From Candidatus Magasanikbacteria bacterium GW2011_GWA2_56_11 (GTDB taxonomy: Bacteria; Patescibacteriota; Patescibacteriia; Magasanikbacterales; UBA922): a stretch of 64,000 bases of DNA. The DNA is taken from assembly GCA_001004885.1 (NCBI GenBank), contig LCRX01000014.1, positions 1,565 to 65,564 on the forward strand, given 5' to 3'. Positions 22,654 to 33,045 of this stretch are shown piece by piece. The position numbers were made by a program, and so were the translations under genes. Below the pieces are notes generated by a model, which worked only from the letters and a program-made list of their open reading frames with translations, was not told where the DNA came from and ran no database searches. The first letter of the stretch is position 1. Every line of letters starts with the position of its first letter.

Positions 22654-24726
22654 ATGCCAACGGACGAACAGAAAGCGCCCGGCCTTATCCGGGATATCCG
22701 CCAGACGGAAACGGAAAAAACCGAGGGAGCCCCCCGGAGCCTGGCGGAGATCAGACAGGAACTCGGCGAAATGAAAGTCGAACGGCGGGCGCTCCGCCTT
22801 AGGGTAACCGAAGAGGAGCGGGCCGCGGAAGAAGAAATCCGCGCTCGGTTGGAGGAAAAAATAACCGTTCTGGAGCAGGCGTTGGCTGACGACGGCCACG
22901 AAAATTTAGCCGACCTGGCAGACGATTTTGCCGCTTCCGCCGAATTAATCCACGAAGCGCGGCTGGCCGGACTATTTGAATTATTTGAATTGTCCGAGTT
23001 TGACGACCGGCTGGTCGCCTTGTACGATCGGCTGCGGGAAAAAAATCCGTCGCCGGCTGAAGAGACCGAAGGGCTAGCCAGATTCGAAGCCGAGATGAGC
23101 AAGGAATTTCTCCTGCGCGAACTGGAACAGCTTTATAACGATACCACGCAACAGGTGCGCGCTCTCTACGAGCAGATGCAGGCCATGGCTCCCAACGCCG
23201 TCCAAAATTGCGCCGAGGGATTGTGCCGGTGCGCCGACGACTTGTTCAACTTCGAAGTCGGCGGCGTCCTAAGAGTCGATGAATTCGTCGGCTACGTGAA
23301 TGTGCTGCGGGAAAACCATGCCGCCCTGATAAAAGTCGCTGCCGGCCGGGAGGAAGAATTGCCGGAACGTTTTACCACCCTCATGCAGGATGTGGAGAGA
23401 CTGATCGCCAAGCACGAATCCAATCTGGCCGACGTAAAGGCCCTGCTCGAGGGAAAAGAAAATGTCATGAGCTTCGAGCGTTACAACGAGCTCGCCGTGG
23501 AGCTGGCGGCCAACTACAAATATTATATCGAATGGCAGAGGCAAATGGTAAAGCAGTCCCACTCCGAGAGCATCTCGGCCCTGAAAGCCGGCGAAATCAG
23601 GAAAGACGAGGCTAACTGGTCCGGCATCGGCACTACCAAGGACGGCCGGCGTTTCCAAATCGGTCTGCGCGGCAAAAAAGGCTGCGAATACGGACGCTGC
23701 GCGAACTGTTGTCTCTTCCACGGTTCGGCCGACGCTTCGATCACGGCCGCCGATATCGCCACCCAGTTTGACCGGGCTCTCGACCAGGAGGGACTGACAC
23801 CCAGATCGGAGGCGGGCAAACCGGAATGGTCGGGCGAAGGGCAACAGGACATATACCGCATAGACTTCAACGGCAGCGGATCCTTTCTCAACGACGCGGA
23901 AATGCCCCGCGAAGCCAGGCTGGCGATTTTCGACAGACTGGCTAAGCTTCCTTTTACCACGATCCTCATTGAATCCCGGGTAGAGTATATTGACCAGGCC
24001 AAAATCAAAGAACTTCAGGACCGCCTACGGCCCGATCAAAAGCTCGAAATGGCGATCGGTTTGGAGAGCGCCAACAATCTGGTCCGGGAACTGTCGGTCG
24101 CCAAGGGCTACAGTCTGGAGGAATTCGAACGCAGCGTCGAGGTGCTGGCCGCGCAGGGAGTCGATGTGCTGGTATATTCCATTGTCAAGCCCGCGCTTCT
24201 CAAAGAGAAAGAAGCCCTGGAAGACAGTCTGTATACCGGCCGATACCTGGGTGATCTGGCGCAACGGATCAAAGATAAAACCAGCAACCCGGCCTTTTCC
24301 CTGACCATGAAGCTGGAACAGGCTTTCATCCAAAAAGGCGGCTACTTAGACTATCTCCACAACAAAAAGAGAAAGACGGCCGGTCCTGGCGCCGCGGGCA
24401 GCGGTTCGCCGGACAGCGACTCTCTCTACGAGACTCCCTGGTCATTTACCATCGCCAATATCGTGGAGCGGCTCTGCGACGAGGGTATAAATAAACAAAT
24501 TAACATCCAAATCGGCCGCAGCGACGATTTCCCCCCGCCGGTAGATATCACCCGAAACCGGACGCCGGATGGCGTACCTCATAATGAGAGCACGAAAGCC
24601 GTTGATGACGCTATGCAGCAATTCAATATCGATGGCGACGCCGAAAAACTGTCTGCCGCCCTGCTCGCGGTTCAAACCTCACATCCGGAAGTATTCGCGG
24701 CCTGGCAGGCGAAGCTGGAATCCTGA
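22654..24726 (+). CDS. radical SAM protein, RaSEA/TIGR01210-like, with N-terminal coiled coil
   Basis: GCEYGRCANC (CxxxxCxxC), NGSGSFLN, IESRVEY, AIGLESAN and YETPWSFTI. Confidence 0.7.
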   Translation: MPTDEQKAPGLIRDIRQTETEKTEGAPRSLAEIRQELGEMKVERRALRLRVTEEERAAEEEIRARLEEKITVLEQALADDGHENLADLADDFAASAELIHEARLAGLFELFELSEFDDRLVALYDRLREKNPSPAEETEGLARFEAEMSKEFLLRELEQLYNDTTQQVRALYEQMQAMAPNAVQNCAEGLCRCADDLFNFEVGGVLRVDEFVGYVNVLRENHAALIKVAAGREEELPERFTTLMQDVERLIAKHESNLADVKALLEGKENVMSFERYNELAVELAANYKYYIEWQRQMVKQSHSESISALKAGEIRKDEANWSGIGTTKDGRRFQIGLRGKKGCEYGRCANCCLFHGSADASITAADIATQFDRALDQEGLTPRSEAGKPEWSGEGQQDIYRIDFNGSGSFLNDAEMPREARLAIFDRLAKLPFTTILIESRVEYIDQAKIKELQDRLRPDQKLEMAIGLESANNLVRELSVAKGYSLEEFERSVEVLAAQGVDVLVYSIVKPALLKEKEALEDSLYTGRYLGDLAQRIKDKTSNPAFSLTMKLEQAFIQKGGYLDYLHNKKRKTAGPGAAGSGSPDSDSLYETPWSFTIANIVERLCDEGINKQINIQIGRSDDFPPPVDITRNRTPDGVPHNESTKAVDDAMQQFNIDGDAEKLSAALLAVQTSHPEVFAAWQAKLES

Positions 24727-24829
24727 GAGACCGGGAGAGCGGGAGGTGTATGGACTTTTTCCCTATCGAGCCAAAGATATAAAGACAAAATTTTGCAATA
24801 TTTATTGTAGGGAATTATCAGTTATAAGT

Positions 24830-26322
24830 ATGTCTCACCGCCGCCTGACGATTGTTTCTCTCTTTAGCATTCCACTCCTGGCTTTCGTCTGGCACTTCGC
24901 CACTGAGGCCGTCTCCTGCCCGCTCAACACCGGCCTCCCGTACAAAAAAGCCGGCCAGCCGACAATCTACTATGTTACCCCGGAATGCAGCCGGCGCCCG
25001 TTTGCCAACCCCGCGCTTTTTTTCAGCTACTTTAAAAGCTGGAACGCGGTCGTAACCGCCGATGGCCCGGCGCTCGCGGCGGTGGCGCCGGACAAGCTGG
25101 GGTTTATGCCGTGGGGTCCGCTCTACGATCCAAAGTACGGGGCGCTGGTCAAGACGGTTGCCGACCCCAAGGTTTATCTGATCCTCAACGACAAGAAATT
25201 CTGGATCACGTCCGAAACCGTATTTAGCGCCCTCAATTATAACTGGGGCTGGATAGAGGACGTGGACGCGGCGCTCCTCGCCCAATACGCGGCCGGCGGC
25301 GAGATCGCTTATACCGACCACCATCCGAATTATACCCTGATCAAATACGCGGACAGTCCAAACGTCTACCGGCTGGAACCGGACGCGAGCGATCCCAACC
25401 TCCAGGTGAAATACCATATACCGGACGAGGAGACGTTTGCCAAACTGGGTTTCCGTTTTGATCGCATCGTGGAGATAAAAGATACCGAAGTCTATCCGGA
25501 CAAAAAACCGGCCGGCGCGCCGGGAACCGCCCCCACCAGTACCGTGAGCACGGAAACCGTGCCGGCCGCTCCCCCGGCGCCGGACAGCGAAGCGGACAAA
25601 CCGACAGCATCGCCGCCGGTTTCGACCTTGTCGGGCGTGAGCGCGGAATTTTTGACCTGCCCCACCCAGAGCGAACGCGCGGCTTTTGACGCCGATTTTG
25701 AACTGCGCTTCCTCAACTACCCCGCGACGCCGACCAGTTCCTACCCCAATACGCGCTGGAGCGAGTACCCGTACCAGTGCGACCTGACAGACAAAAATCC
25801 GACGCGGCTCACGACCTACAACACGCTGCGGTTTCTCAAACATCTGGAATTCGACCGACCGCTGCCCTTTACGGCCGGCCGGACGCTGTACGAGTACCTG
25901 ACGCTCAAAACCCTGCCGGCGGACGGCACGATTTACCCCAAACTCGTAATCGAGCCGGTCATAGACTGTAATGTCTATTCCACCGGCGGCCGGGGGGCGC
26001 GTGCCGGCGGCGCGGCGATTCTCAAGGTAACGATGAGCGGCAATTTCTCCCGCCTGTACCCGGTACTCTCCGGCTCAGCAACGGACATACCGGCGTGGCC
26101 GGGGGCGATGCGACCATAGAGGAAATGGGCGCCTGGGCCGCGCAGTTCTACTTCCACGCCTGGGTGGCGCTGTTCTCGGCCAATGCCGACGATCAGACCA
26201 AGCAGCTCGCCCGCACCAGCGCCGAGCAGATTATCGACACGCGCTTCAGCCAGAGCAAATGCCCGACCGATCCGGCGCTCAAAACTATAGTCAATGAAAT
26301 AAAAAAGGGGCTATGCCCCTAG
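24830..26322 (+). CDS. secreted CPR-type repeat protein with a frame break at ~26070-26100
   Basis: Signal-like N-terminus and LVKTVADPKVYLI / LIKYADSPNVYRL repeats. The C-terminus appears to continue in another frame (26095-26322). Confidence 0.55.
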
Positions 26323-26343
26323 TGTGCCGCCTTTTCGTCCGGC

Positions 26344-26508
26344 TTATTTTCCTTCGTCCACCACTTCGGCCGCCACTTCGCCGTCGGCGATATTTTCAAT
26401 GCCAAGCGTAATGCCGCACACGTCGCACTCGACGACATCGGCCGGGGCCAAATGCGGGTAACGGGAGACATCAACGTCGTTTTTGCACTCTGGACAAACG
26501 AGGTGCAT
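26344..26508 (-). CDS. LysW-like zinc-ribbon protein
   Basis: MHLVCPEC...VVECDVCG...VVDEGK. Confidence 0.65.
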   Translation of the reverse strand: MHLVCPECKNDVDVSRYPHLAPADVVECDVCGITLGIENIADGEVAAEVVDEGK

Positions 26509-26591
26509 AGCGGTAGTATTTAGAAATAAAATAACCGGCCAGATAATACTAGCGCAAACCCGCCAATAATTCAAGTTCTCAAAATTAAGCC

Positions 26592-27482
26592 ATGAAAACG
26601 CCGCAACAAGCCTACCCCGCGCTCGCCCGGGAGCTCGGAGTGAGCGAGGTTTACCTCAAACGGGAAGACCTCCACCACTACGGCTCGCACAAGGGCCGCT
26701 CCATCCCCTACATGGTAGATCAGTACTACCGCAAACAGGGCATCAAGAGCTTCGTTATTTCTTCCTCCGGCAACGCGGCGCTGGCGGCCGTGCGCGCGGC
26801 CGTAAGCCACAACACGAACAAGCCGGCCGACCCGATTACTCTCACGGTTTTTATCGGCCCAAAAATCACGGCCGAAAAACTAAAGCTTTTGGCCAAAGAG
26901 GCCGCTGACCCGCGGATAAAAATCGTCCAGGCAAAGAACCCGAAACAACAGGCCTTCCAAATGGATAAGGCCGGAGAAGCCAAAAATCTGCGCCAGTCCA
27001 CCGACGACCTGGCCCTGGCCGGTTATGCCGAGCTGGCGCGGGAACTGGACAAAATCCCCGGTTTAGCGGCTGTCTTTATTCCCACCTCGTCCGGTACAAC
27101 GGCTCAGGCCTTGGGAGAAGCTTTCGCCAATCTCACCCAAAAACCGCAGATCCACATAGTGCAAACCGCGGCTTGCCACCCGATCGCCGCCCTGCTCGGG
27201 GCAGCCGCCGACGCCACGACTAGCGCCACCAGCCTGGCCGGCGCTATTGTCGACCGGGTAGCTTTCCGCCAAGACAAAGTGGCGGACGCCGTCCGCCGCA
27301 GCCAGGGAGCGGCCTGGATCGTGAAAGACATTGAAATCCACCTGGCCATCGATCTGGTCAAGAGTACGGCCGACATCGCCATCTCGCCCAATAGCGCCCT
27401 CTCGGTCGCCGGCCTGGCCCAAGCCGCCAAAAACGGCGCCGTCTTTGCGGGCGCCGTGGTCTGCCTCATTACCGGCCGCTAA
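26592..27482 (+). CDS. PLP-dependent fold-II enzyme (threonine/cysteine synthase-like)
   Basis: YLKREDLHHYGSHKGR, ISSSGNAA and IPTSSGTT. Confidence 0.8.
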   Translation: MKTPQQAYPALARELGVSEVYLKREDLHHYGSHKGRSIPYMVDQYYRKQGIKSFVISSSGNAALAAVRAAVSHNTNKPADPITLTVFIGPKITAEKLKLLAKEAADPRIKIVQAKNPKQQAFQMDKAGEAKNLRQSTDDLALAGYAELARELDKIPGLAAVFIPTSSGTTAQALGEAFANLTQKPQIHIVQTAACHPIAALLGAAADATTSATSLAGAIVDRVAFRQDKVADAVRRSQGAAWIVKDIEIHLAIDLVKSTADIAISPNSALSVAGLAQAAKNGAVFAGAVVCLITGR

Positions 27483-27483
27483 A

Positions 27484-28185
27484 TCAGGCGGAAAAAATGC
27501 TCACCATATTGGGGCCCTCTGCGGCCTCGGTTTTTTGTCCTTTCCGGCTGTAGTACTGCTCGATAACGGCGAGCCCGGCCTCGGCGGCGAGCGCGGCGAG
27601 TACGACAAAGGTAAAACCGTAGTAATACCGTTCGCCGAGTATCTCTCCCTGGCTGTTCTTCCAGGGAACAATAAAATCATTCTCCCCTATTTTCTGCCAC
27701 TCTCCCCGCCGTATTCTGGCCTGCGCGTCATCCGATTCCAGCAGATTCCAGTTGGTGACGACGAGCGGCGCGCCCGGCTTGGCCAGGCGCTTCATTTCCC
27801 TAAGCGCCTCGATTTGGTTCGCGCGCGTCGGCAGATGGTGGAGCGCGGCGACGCAATAGACGGCGTCAAACTCATGGTCCGGCAGGGGCACCAAGCGCAT
27901 ATCCGCGAGGATATACCGGCCCGAAGGATAAGCGGCACGCGCGAGGACCAAAAGCTCTTCGCTCTGGTCCACGCCGACATAATCCACAGAAACCCCGGCA
28001 AACAGCTGGTTTAGCCGGCCATTGCCGCAGCCCAGATCCAGCACGCGGTCGCCGTCCTTCGCGTAGCGGCCAAGCGGCTTCAGGTCCTCCCACAGCTCCG
28101 CGCGCGTATCCGAAAACAGCGGCGCAATACGATTGTACACCGCGCGATTCTGCTCGACGAATTTGTCGGCTTCGTCTTGGTCCAT
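27484..28185 (-). CDS. class I SAM-dependent methyltransferase
   Basis: VLDLGCGNGR and FDAVYCVAALHHL. Confidence 0.88.
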   Translation of the reverse strand: MDQDEADKFVEQNRAVYNRIAPLFSDTRAELWEDLKPLGRYAKDGDRVLDLGCGNGRLNQLFAGVSVDYVGVDQSEELLVLARAAYPSGRYILADMRLVPLPDHEFDAVYCVAALHHLPTRANQIEALREMKRLAKPGAPLVVTNWNLLESDDAQARIRRGEWQKIGENDFIVPWKNSQGEILGERYYYGFTFVVLAALAAEAGLAVIEQYYSRKGQKTEAAEGPNMVSIFSA

Positions 28186-28393
28186 ATGTCCACTGGCAAA
28201 TGAGCTGTTGATAAACAACGTACAAGATCAGAGTGTCCGCGTCAAACAGTCCCTGGTTGCTATTAGCCGGCCCGGCGCAAGTCTATTCCGCCCCGGGCCA
28301 GAACGGTGTATAATCATACTAAAATTGCCTCATTTGGTCAAAAAAAGGTCGAACCAAAATTAATTTATCTGGCTAAAGCCTGCTCCCATACAT

Positions 28394-28645
28394 ATGATCA
28401 ACACCAAACACCTCCTCAAAGTCGTCCCGGCATGGATGAGCATAGTTTATACCGTCTGTTACGCCGGAGTCGCCATCTATCCGCCGATTAGGGAAATGTT
28501 CATGAAATACTCCCTGCACGCGTCGGTGTCCTTGACCTCGGATTATTTCGGCCTCGCCTATTTTGTTTCCGGCCTCGTTATCTGGAATATCGCCGCCATC
28601 GCCGGCGCCTGGCTGTTCGCGTTCTTGTTCAACAAAATGAAATAA
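28394..28645 (+). CDS. DUF5676-like small membrane protein
   Basis: Two TM segments; MSIVYTVC...YSLH motif. Confidence 0.6.
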   Translation: MINTKHLLKVVPAWMSIVYTVCYAGVAIYPPIREMFMKYSLHASVSLTSDYFGLAYFVSGLVIWNIAAIAGAWLFAFLFNKMK

Positions 28646-28754
28646 ACTAGGATTACCGCTAACCTCCGCGCCGCCATCCCGCCCCGGCATATGCGCTGCT
28701 GGCGCAGAAGACTGGTATAACACTTCTGGCAGATAAACGCGGTACGGCTGCCGT

Positions 28755-29039
28755 TCAAACGGAGCGGCAAGATTTTAATTTTCTGATTAACGAGCTGGCC
28801 AACCAACCGACTCCGTATAGCAGCGCAGCGTTTATTGCGATCGATAAAACATAGGAAACCGGATTGATGCCCGTGCCTACATTGAGAAAAAATATCCAGG
28901 GCGCGGCAGGTATAATAATCTCGATTCCGCACGACCAATCCCCCCGGGGGCAGTCCTCTAGTAAGCCATAGATACCAAGACCGATAGTTATCGTTAAATA
29001 CAATCCTACGAGGACTGGGCCGATTTTTGTTTTCTTCAT
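28755..29039 (-). CDS. small membrane protein (distal cassette?)
   Basis: 94-aa hydrophobic ORF co-oriented with the array. Confidence 0.55.
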   Translation of the reverse strand: MKKTKIGPVLVGLYLTITIGLGIYGLLEDCPRGDWSCGIEIIIPAAPWIFFLNVGTGINPVSYVLSIAINAALLYGVGWLASSLIRKLKSCRSV

Positions 29040-29115
29040 ATAACCGGATAAAAAACGCCAGACAAAAATCTTAACCTTTTTGTCCGCCTTAATTACCTAA
29101 AAAATATCAACCATT

Positions 29116-30249
29116 TTATTTTCGTTCAGGATATATCCGATATTCCAGGCAATGATACTCATTGCCGCCCAGACCTTTTTCGTCATACTCAGTTTCAATT
29201 TTTCCGCCTAGCGACTCAGGAATTTTTCGGCTGGAAATATTTTTATCAGCTACGGGATACAAAAGATAATCGTAATCCAAATTTTCGTCCGCCCACTTTT
29301 TAACTGCGACCATTGCTTCTTTGCCATAACCTTTCCCGTGCGCTGATTTTTTTATCCAAACGCCCATTTCTGGAGTTTTTCCATCAACATGGTGTAGGCC
29401 GGCACAGCCGAAAAATTCCTGAGAGTCTTTTGCGACAATTACAAGTTGAAGATTGCTACCTTCGTTCAAACCTTTTAGAGAATTTTCTATAAATACCTCA
29501 ATTCCCGAAATATCTTTGGCCGGAGCTTCATACATGAAAGTTGTTATTTCTGGTGAAAATTCTCTAAAAATTTCATCCCTATACCGCATTGATATTGGCA
29601 CGAGCAAAAGACGTTCGCTTTCTATGCGCTCTGCCAGTAATCCTTGTTCATTTTTCATAATTGGTTTTTCCATGATAAGAAAAACTCTGGACAATTTAAT
29701 TTCATCTTTGTCCGCTTTTTCTTTTAACAAGAGTATCGCCAACGCTGATCCCATGGCCACAATTTTATTTTTTAAAGCCATTTCAACAGCTCTATCGTAA
29801 TCCACTAAAATTACGTCAATGTCTTCTGGTACATAATCGCCGGAGTCATTTTTTTGATCGAGCTTGGATATGTCTTTGCTGAAAAATAAATGTATTTTAC
29901 GGTTAAGTTGACCGTATGTTTCATAAAAAACGCCGAGTTTTGTTAAAGAATTGCATGTATATCCTGTTTCCTCCTCAAATTCTCTCTTTGCGCCCTCCTC
30001 TATGGTCTCGGCGCTTTGATTATATCCTGAAGGAAATTCTATAACCTCATCATCAACCATATAACGGTACTGCTTGATCATGACAAGCTTTTTATCCTCA
30101 GTCATACCCACAACCATGGCTGAATCTGGACTATCCCAATAAGTCCATTCCCTTTTTTCGCCGTTGGGAAGCTCTACTATGTCCTGCCTTACTTTAAAGT
30201 ACTTAGAATCTAAGGCAAGTTTTGATTGTAGACATTTCCATTTTTTCAT
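29116..30249 (-). CDS. NUDIX hydrolase fused to a RimJ/RimL-type GNAT acetyltransferase
   Basis: Nudix box GAKREFEEETG, then IESERLLL...EMGVWIKKSAHGKGYGKEA...NISSRKI. Confidence 0.8.
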   Translation of the reverse strand: MKKWKCLQSKLALDSKYFKVRQDIVELPNGEKREWTYWDSPDSAMVVGMTEDKKLVMIKQYRYMVDDEVIEFPSGYNQSAETIEEGAKREFEEETGYTCNSLTKLGVFYETYGQLNRKIHLFFSKDISKLDQKNDSGDYVPEDIDVILVDYDRAVEMALKNKIVAMGSALAILLLKEKADKDEIKLSRVFLIMEKPIMKNEQGLLAERIESERLLLVPISMRYRDEIFREFSPEITTFMYEAPAKDISGIEVFIENSLKGLNEGSNLQLVIVAKDSQEFFGCAGLHHVDGKTPEMGVWIKKSAHGKGYGKEAMVAVKKWADENLDYDYLLYPVADKNISSRKIPESLGGKIETEYDEKGLGGNEYHCLEYRIYPERK

Positions 30250-30329
30250 AATTAATTTTATCGTTTTGGCGGGTCGCAAGAGGGGGGCGAAGGTGACGAA
30301 TCGCGGCCTGCCAAAACACCTACTTCAGT

Positions 30330-30589
30330 TTCCTTATTAGAGCAGTCGGTCGCGCGCATTTTTTTGTCTTCAGCAGGCATTTTCAACTGTTCCCAAAATG
30401 GGAACGGCTGTGATAACGCCGTGTCCCGTTCCTTCATTTTTGCCCAGTAAGTTTTTGGTTGTGGCTATCAGTTAAAACACCAACGATATCCAAAATTGAA
30501 AACCACCATTCTTTTTTATAAATGATTTTCCTTATTTCTTTGCCTTTAAACAAGGCAATATGGTGGTTTGGATTTTGAGTGTCTGACAT
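30330..30589 (-). pseudogene. Bro-N/antirepressor-like protein fragment, frameshifted and truncated
   Basis: IALFKGKEIRK..EWWFSILDIVGVLTDS continues in another frame as PQPKTYWAKMKERD..PFWEQLKM..KMRATDC. Confidence 0.7.
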
Positions 30590-30645
30590 AGTGTAATAAT
30601 TTATTAAATATCGGTTCGGCGGGCATTCTATTCGTATTTGGATTA

Positions 30646-31053
30646 CTAATTTTCTTCGTAAAAAACTTCCAATCTCAAACCATCGGGATCGTGAAAGAAA
30701 ACCGCGTAATACAATTCATCTCCGTAGTCCGGGTAATGTCTTGGTTTTCCGTCAGTATTGGCTTTCATTTTAGTGAGAAGTTTGTATAAATCATCCACAA
30801 TTTTCTTTTTCCCCACGGCCATACCAAGGTGATGAAAACCGACCCTATAATGGTCAAACTTGTCAGCAAAATACTCTTTGTGCCCTTGAAAAATAGCTAA
30901 AAAATACGGAAAGTTTTTTGATTGATAATAAACATGCTGTTTATTTGCGAACGCGATAGTAAAACCGAGGGAGCCAAGCACTTTATCATACCAAAGTTTA
31001 GACTTTCTCAAGTTTTTTACGGTAAGAACGAAATGACTTCTTTTTTCAATCAT
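30646..31053 (-). CDS. VOC/glyoxalase family protein (cassette)
   Basis: HFVLTVKNL, GFHHLG and YYAVFFHDPDGLRLEV. Confidence 0.9.
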   Translation of the reverse strand: MIEKRSHFVLTVKNLRKSKLWYDKVLGSLGFTIAFANKQHVYYQSKNFPYFLAIFQGHKEYFADKFDHYRVGFHHLGMAVGKKKIVDDLYKLLTKMKANTDGKPRHYPDYGDELYYAVFFHDPDGLRLEVFYEEN

Positions 31054-31086
31054 ATGTTTTATTCATAATTGTCTGTATTTTATTGC

Positions 31087-31141
31087 GCCTAACGTCCGTG
31101 CATATGCGCGATGTTTCAATATCGTATATACGCTGTTAGGC
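31087..31141 (-). repeat. attC-like site (short)
   Basis: GCCTAAC GTCCGT GCATATGCG...CGTATATAC GCT GTTAGGC. Confidence 0.85.
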
Positions 31142-31154
31142 GCGGTTTCGCCGA

Positions 31155-31514
31155 TCACAGCACCTCCTCGTCCTCCTTGTGCCACGCCGGATCGACAATA
31201 CAGAGGAACACAAGATCGGTCTTTCCTGAGTTGCGAATATACTGTTGTGTGTTTGGCGGGATATACACGGCCTGGCCCGGACAAACTTTTTTCGACTCCT
31301 CGCCGATCTGCATGACCCCTTCGCCTTCGAGAATGTAATAGACTTCTGACGTCTTCAACTTATGCGGATAAGAGGTTTTTCCCGGCTTGACTACTGCGTG
31401 CGCCAGACTGTAGCGGAGTTCAAGATCGTCTTTCTCCGGATGCAAGAGTTCGCGCAGGATTGTATTGTCTCCGGCGATGAACTCTTCACAATCTTTTAGA
31501 TCTTTGATAAACAT
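31155..31514 (-). CDS. cupin domain protein (cassette)
   Basis: PHKLKTSEVYYILEGEG...PGQAVYIPPN. Confidence 0.88.
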   Translation of the reverse strand: MFIKDLKDCEEFIAGDNTILRELLHPEKDDLELRYSLAHAVVKPGKTSYPHKLKTSEVYYILEGEGVMQIGEESKKVCPGQAVYIPPNTQQYIRNSGKTDLVFLCIVDPAWHKEDEEVL

Positions 31515-31529
31515 AGGCGAAACAATTTC

Positions 31530-31647
31530 AGCTAATGTTTGCGCGATATGACGTGCGGAGCATATGGGCGGGTGGCGCGAACCGTGTACACGCTTAGGAC
31601 GTGATAAGGGCGAAAGCCCCGCAGCGATATCGCCGTACCCGTTTATT
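31530..31647 (-). repeat. attC-like site with a degenerate right end
   Basis: AGCTAAT GTTTGC GCGATAT...CATATGGGCG...ATATCGC. Confidence 0.6.
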
Positions 31648-32773
31648 TCATGAAAATATCAATATATTTTCGATAGACAAATGCGCGGTCGTAGGTTTCT
31701 TTGGCGTCTTTCAATTCAAGAATATCAAGGTTCATAAATCTGTCGATAAGTTTTTGGGATCCAACGCGAGAAAATTTGGTCCACTCCATTATTGTTTTAC
31801 TTGAGACAATCGGCTGAGCATACAATTTTCGTAATACCAAAACACCGCTTGCCGACTCTCTCTTCGCCAGGGATTGAATTTTTGCCATGTCGTTTTCTCG
31901 AAGTTTGGTAATTTGTTTTGATACGGATATTGAATCGTTGGCTGTTTCAATGACGCCATCAAGAAAAAAATCAATCCACGATTCAACCTCGCCAAAATGA
32001 TAATCATGCAGTTTTTGGTAGTAAATTTTTTGATGTTTTTTAAAATATGACGATAAAAATAATACCGGCCGCTCAAGCATGTTGCGGTGGCAAAGAAGCA
32101 TGGTTATCAATAAGCGGCCGGCTCTTCCGTTGCCATCAAGAAACGGGTGTATCGTTTCAAATTGGGCGTGAGTAAGGGCGGCGTGGATTAAGGGAAGAGC
32201 TAATTTTTCGTTGTGTAAGAATTTTTCCAGATCATTCAAAGCCCTGTTCATCTCACTCACTGTCGGCGGGACAAATGAAGCATTATTCGGCGTCGTTCCG
32301 CCAATCCAGTTCTGTGATTTGCGGAATTCGCCCGGATCGGCAAAATGAGTGGCGCGGGCATCAGTCATCAATTGCGCGTGTATTTCGCGGATCAATCGCA
32401 AAGAGAGCGGAAAATCTTTTAGTCGTTCAACACCGTAGTTGAGTGCTTTGATGTAGAACAAAATATCGTCAGCATCAGTTTTTTTAACCGTTACGCCGGC
32501 ATTCATTTCTATCGCATCGGCCATACTGGCCTTAGTGCCCTCAATTTGAGAAGAGGAAGCCGCGTCTTTAGCGACGAACATGGAAAGAAAAAAGTCCACA
32601 TCAGGCAGGGTGTGGGTTATACCGTCCAGTTTACCGATTAAGCGGTCCGCTTCTGCCGCTTTAATCAGTATGGCCTGTGATAATTCGAGCAATCCTTTAG
32701 GGGGGAACGGACGTGGCACAAAGGCGGTAAAACCCTCTGTTTGTTTGACATTTTGACCGATTTCAATTTTCAT
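31643..32773 (-). CDS. Fic family protein (Fic_N + Fic + HTH)
   Basis: FETIHPFLDGNGRAGR and SSQIEGT. Confidence 0.92.
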   Translation of the reverse strand: MKIEIGQNVKQTEGFTAFVPRPFPPKGLLELSQAILIKAAEADRLIGKLDGITHTLPDVDFFLSMFVAKDAASSSQIEGTKASMADAIEMNAGVTVKKTDADDILFYIKALNYGVERLKDFPLSLRLIREIHAQLMTDARATHFADPGEFRKSQNWIGGTTPNNASFVPPTVSEMNRALNDLEKFLHNEKLALPLIHAALTHAQFETIHPFLDGNGRAGRLLITMLLCHRNMLERPVLFLSSYFKKHQKIYYQKLHDYHFGEVESWIDFFLDGVIETANDSISVSKQITKLRENDMAKIQSLAKRESASGVLVLRKLYAQPIVSSKTIMEWTKFSRVGSQKLIDRFMNLDILELKDAKETYDRAFVYRKYIDIFMK

Positions 32774-32805
32774 AGATAGTTTACTAGTTTTTTATGATAT
32801 AAACT

Positions 32806-32834
32806 ATCTTATACCTTAGTTTATATGTTGTCAA
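32806..32834 (-). promoter_or_regulatory. sigma70 promoter of the Fic gene with overlapping inverted repeats
   Basis: TTGACA-17-TAAGAT on the minus strand; IRs AGATAGTTTA/TAAACTATCT and ATATAAACTA/TAGTTTATAT. Confidence 0.65.
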
Positions 32835-33045
32835 GAGATGAAAACTAAGTATTTTTTTATTCGCTTAGAAGAGCGAATAATGGCCCTCCGGTTCTTTCTT
32901 TTTTGGCCCAAATGTCAACGCATTCATCTTAACCATTAGCGGCCATTATGCGATAAGGAAATTTTCTTACCTTTTTTAAATGTTCTTCCAGAGTATATCC
33001 AATTAATGAATTGGCGCCGAATGCGTATAGGCTGTGAGCAAAATA

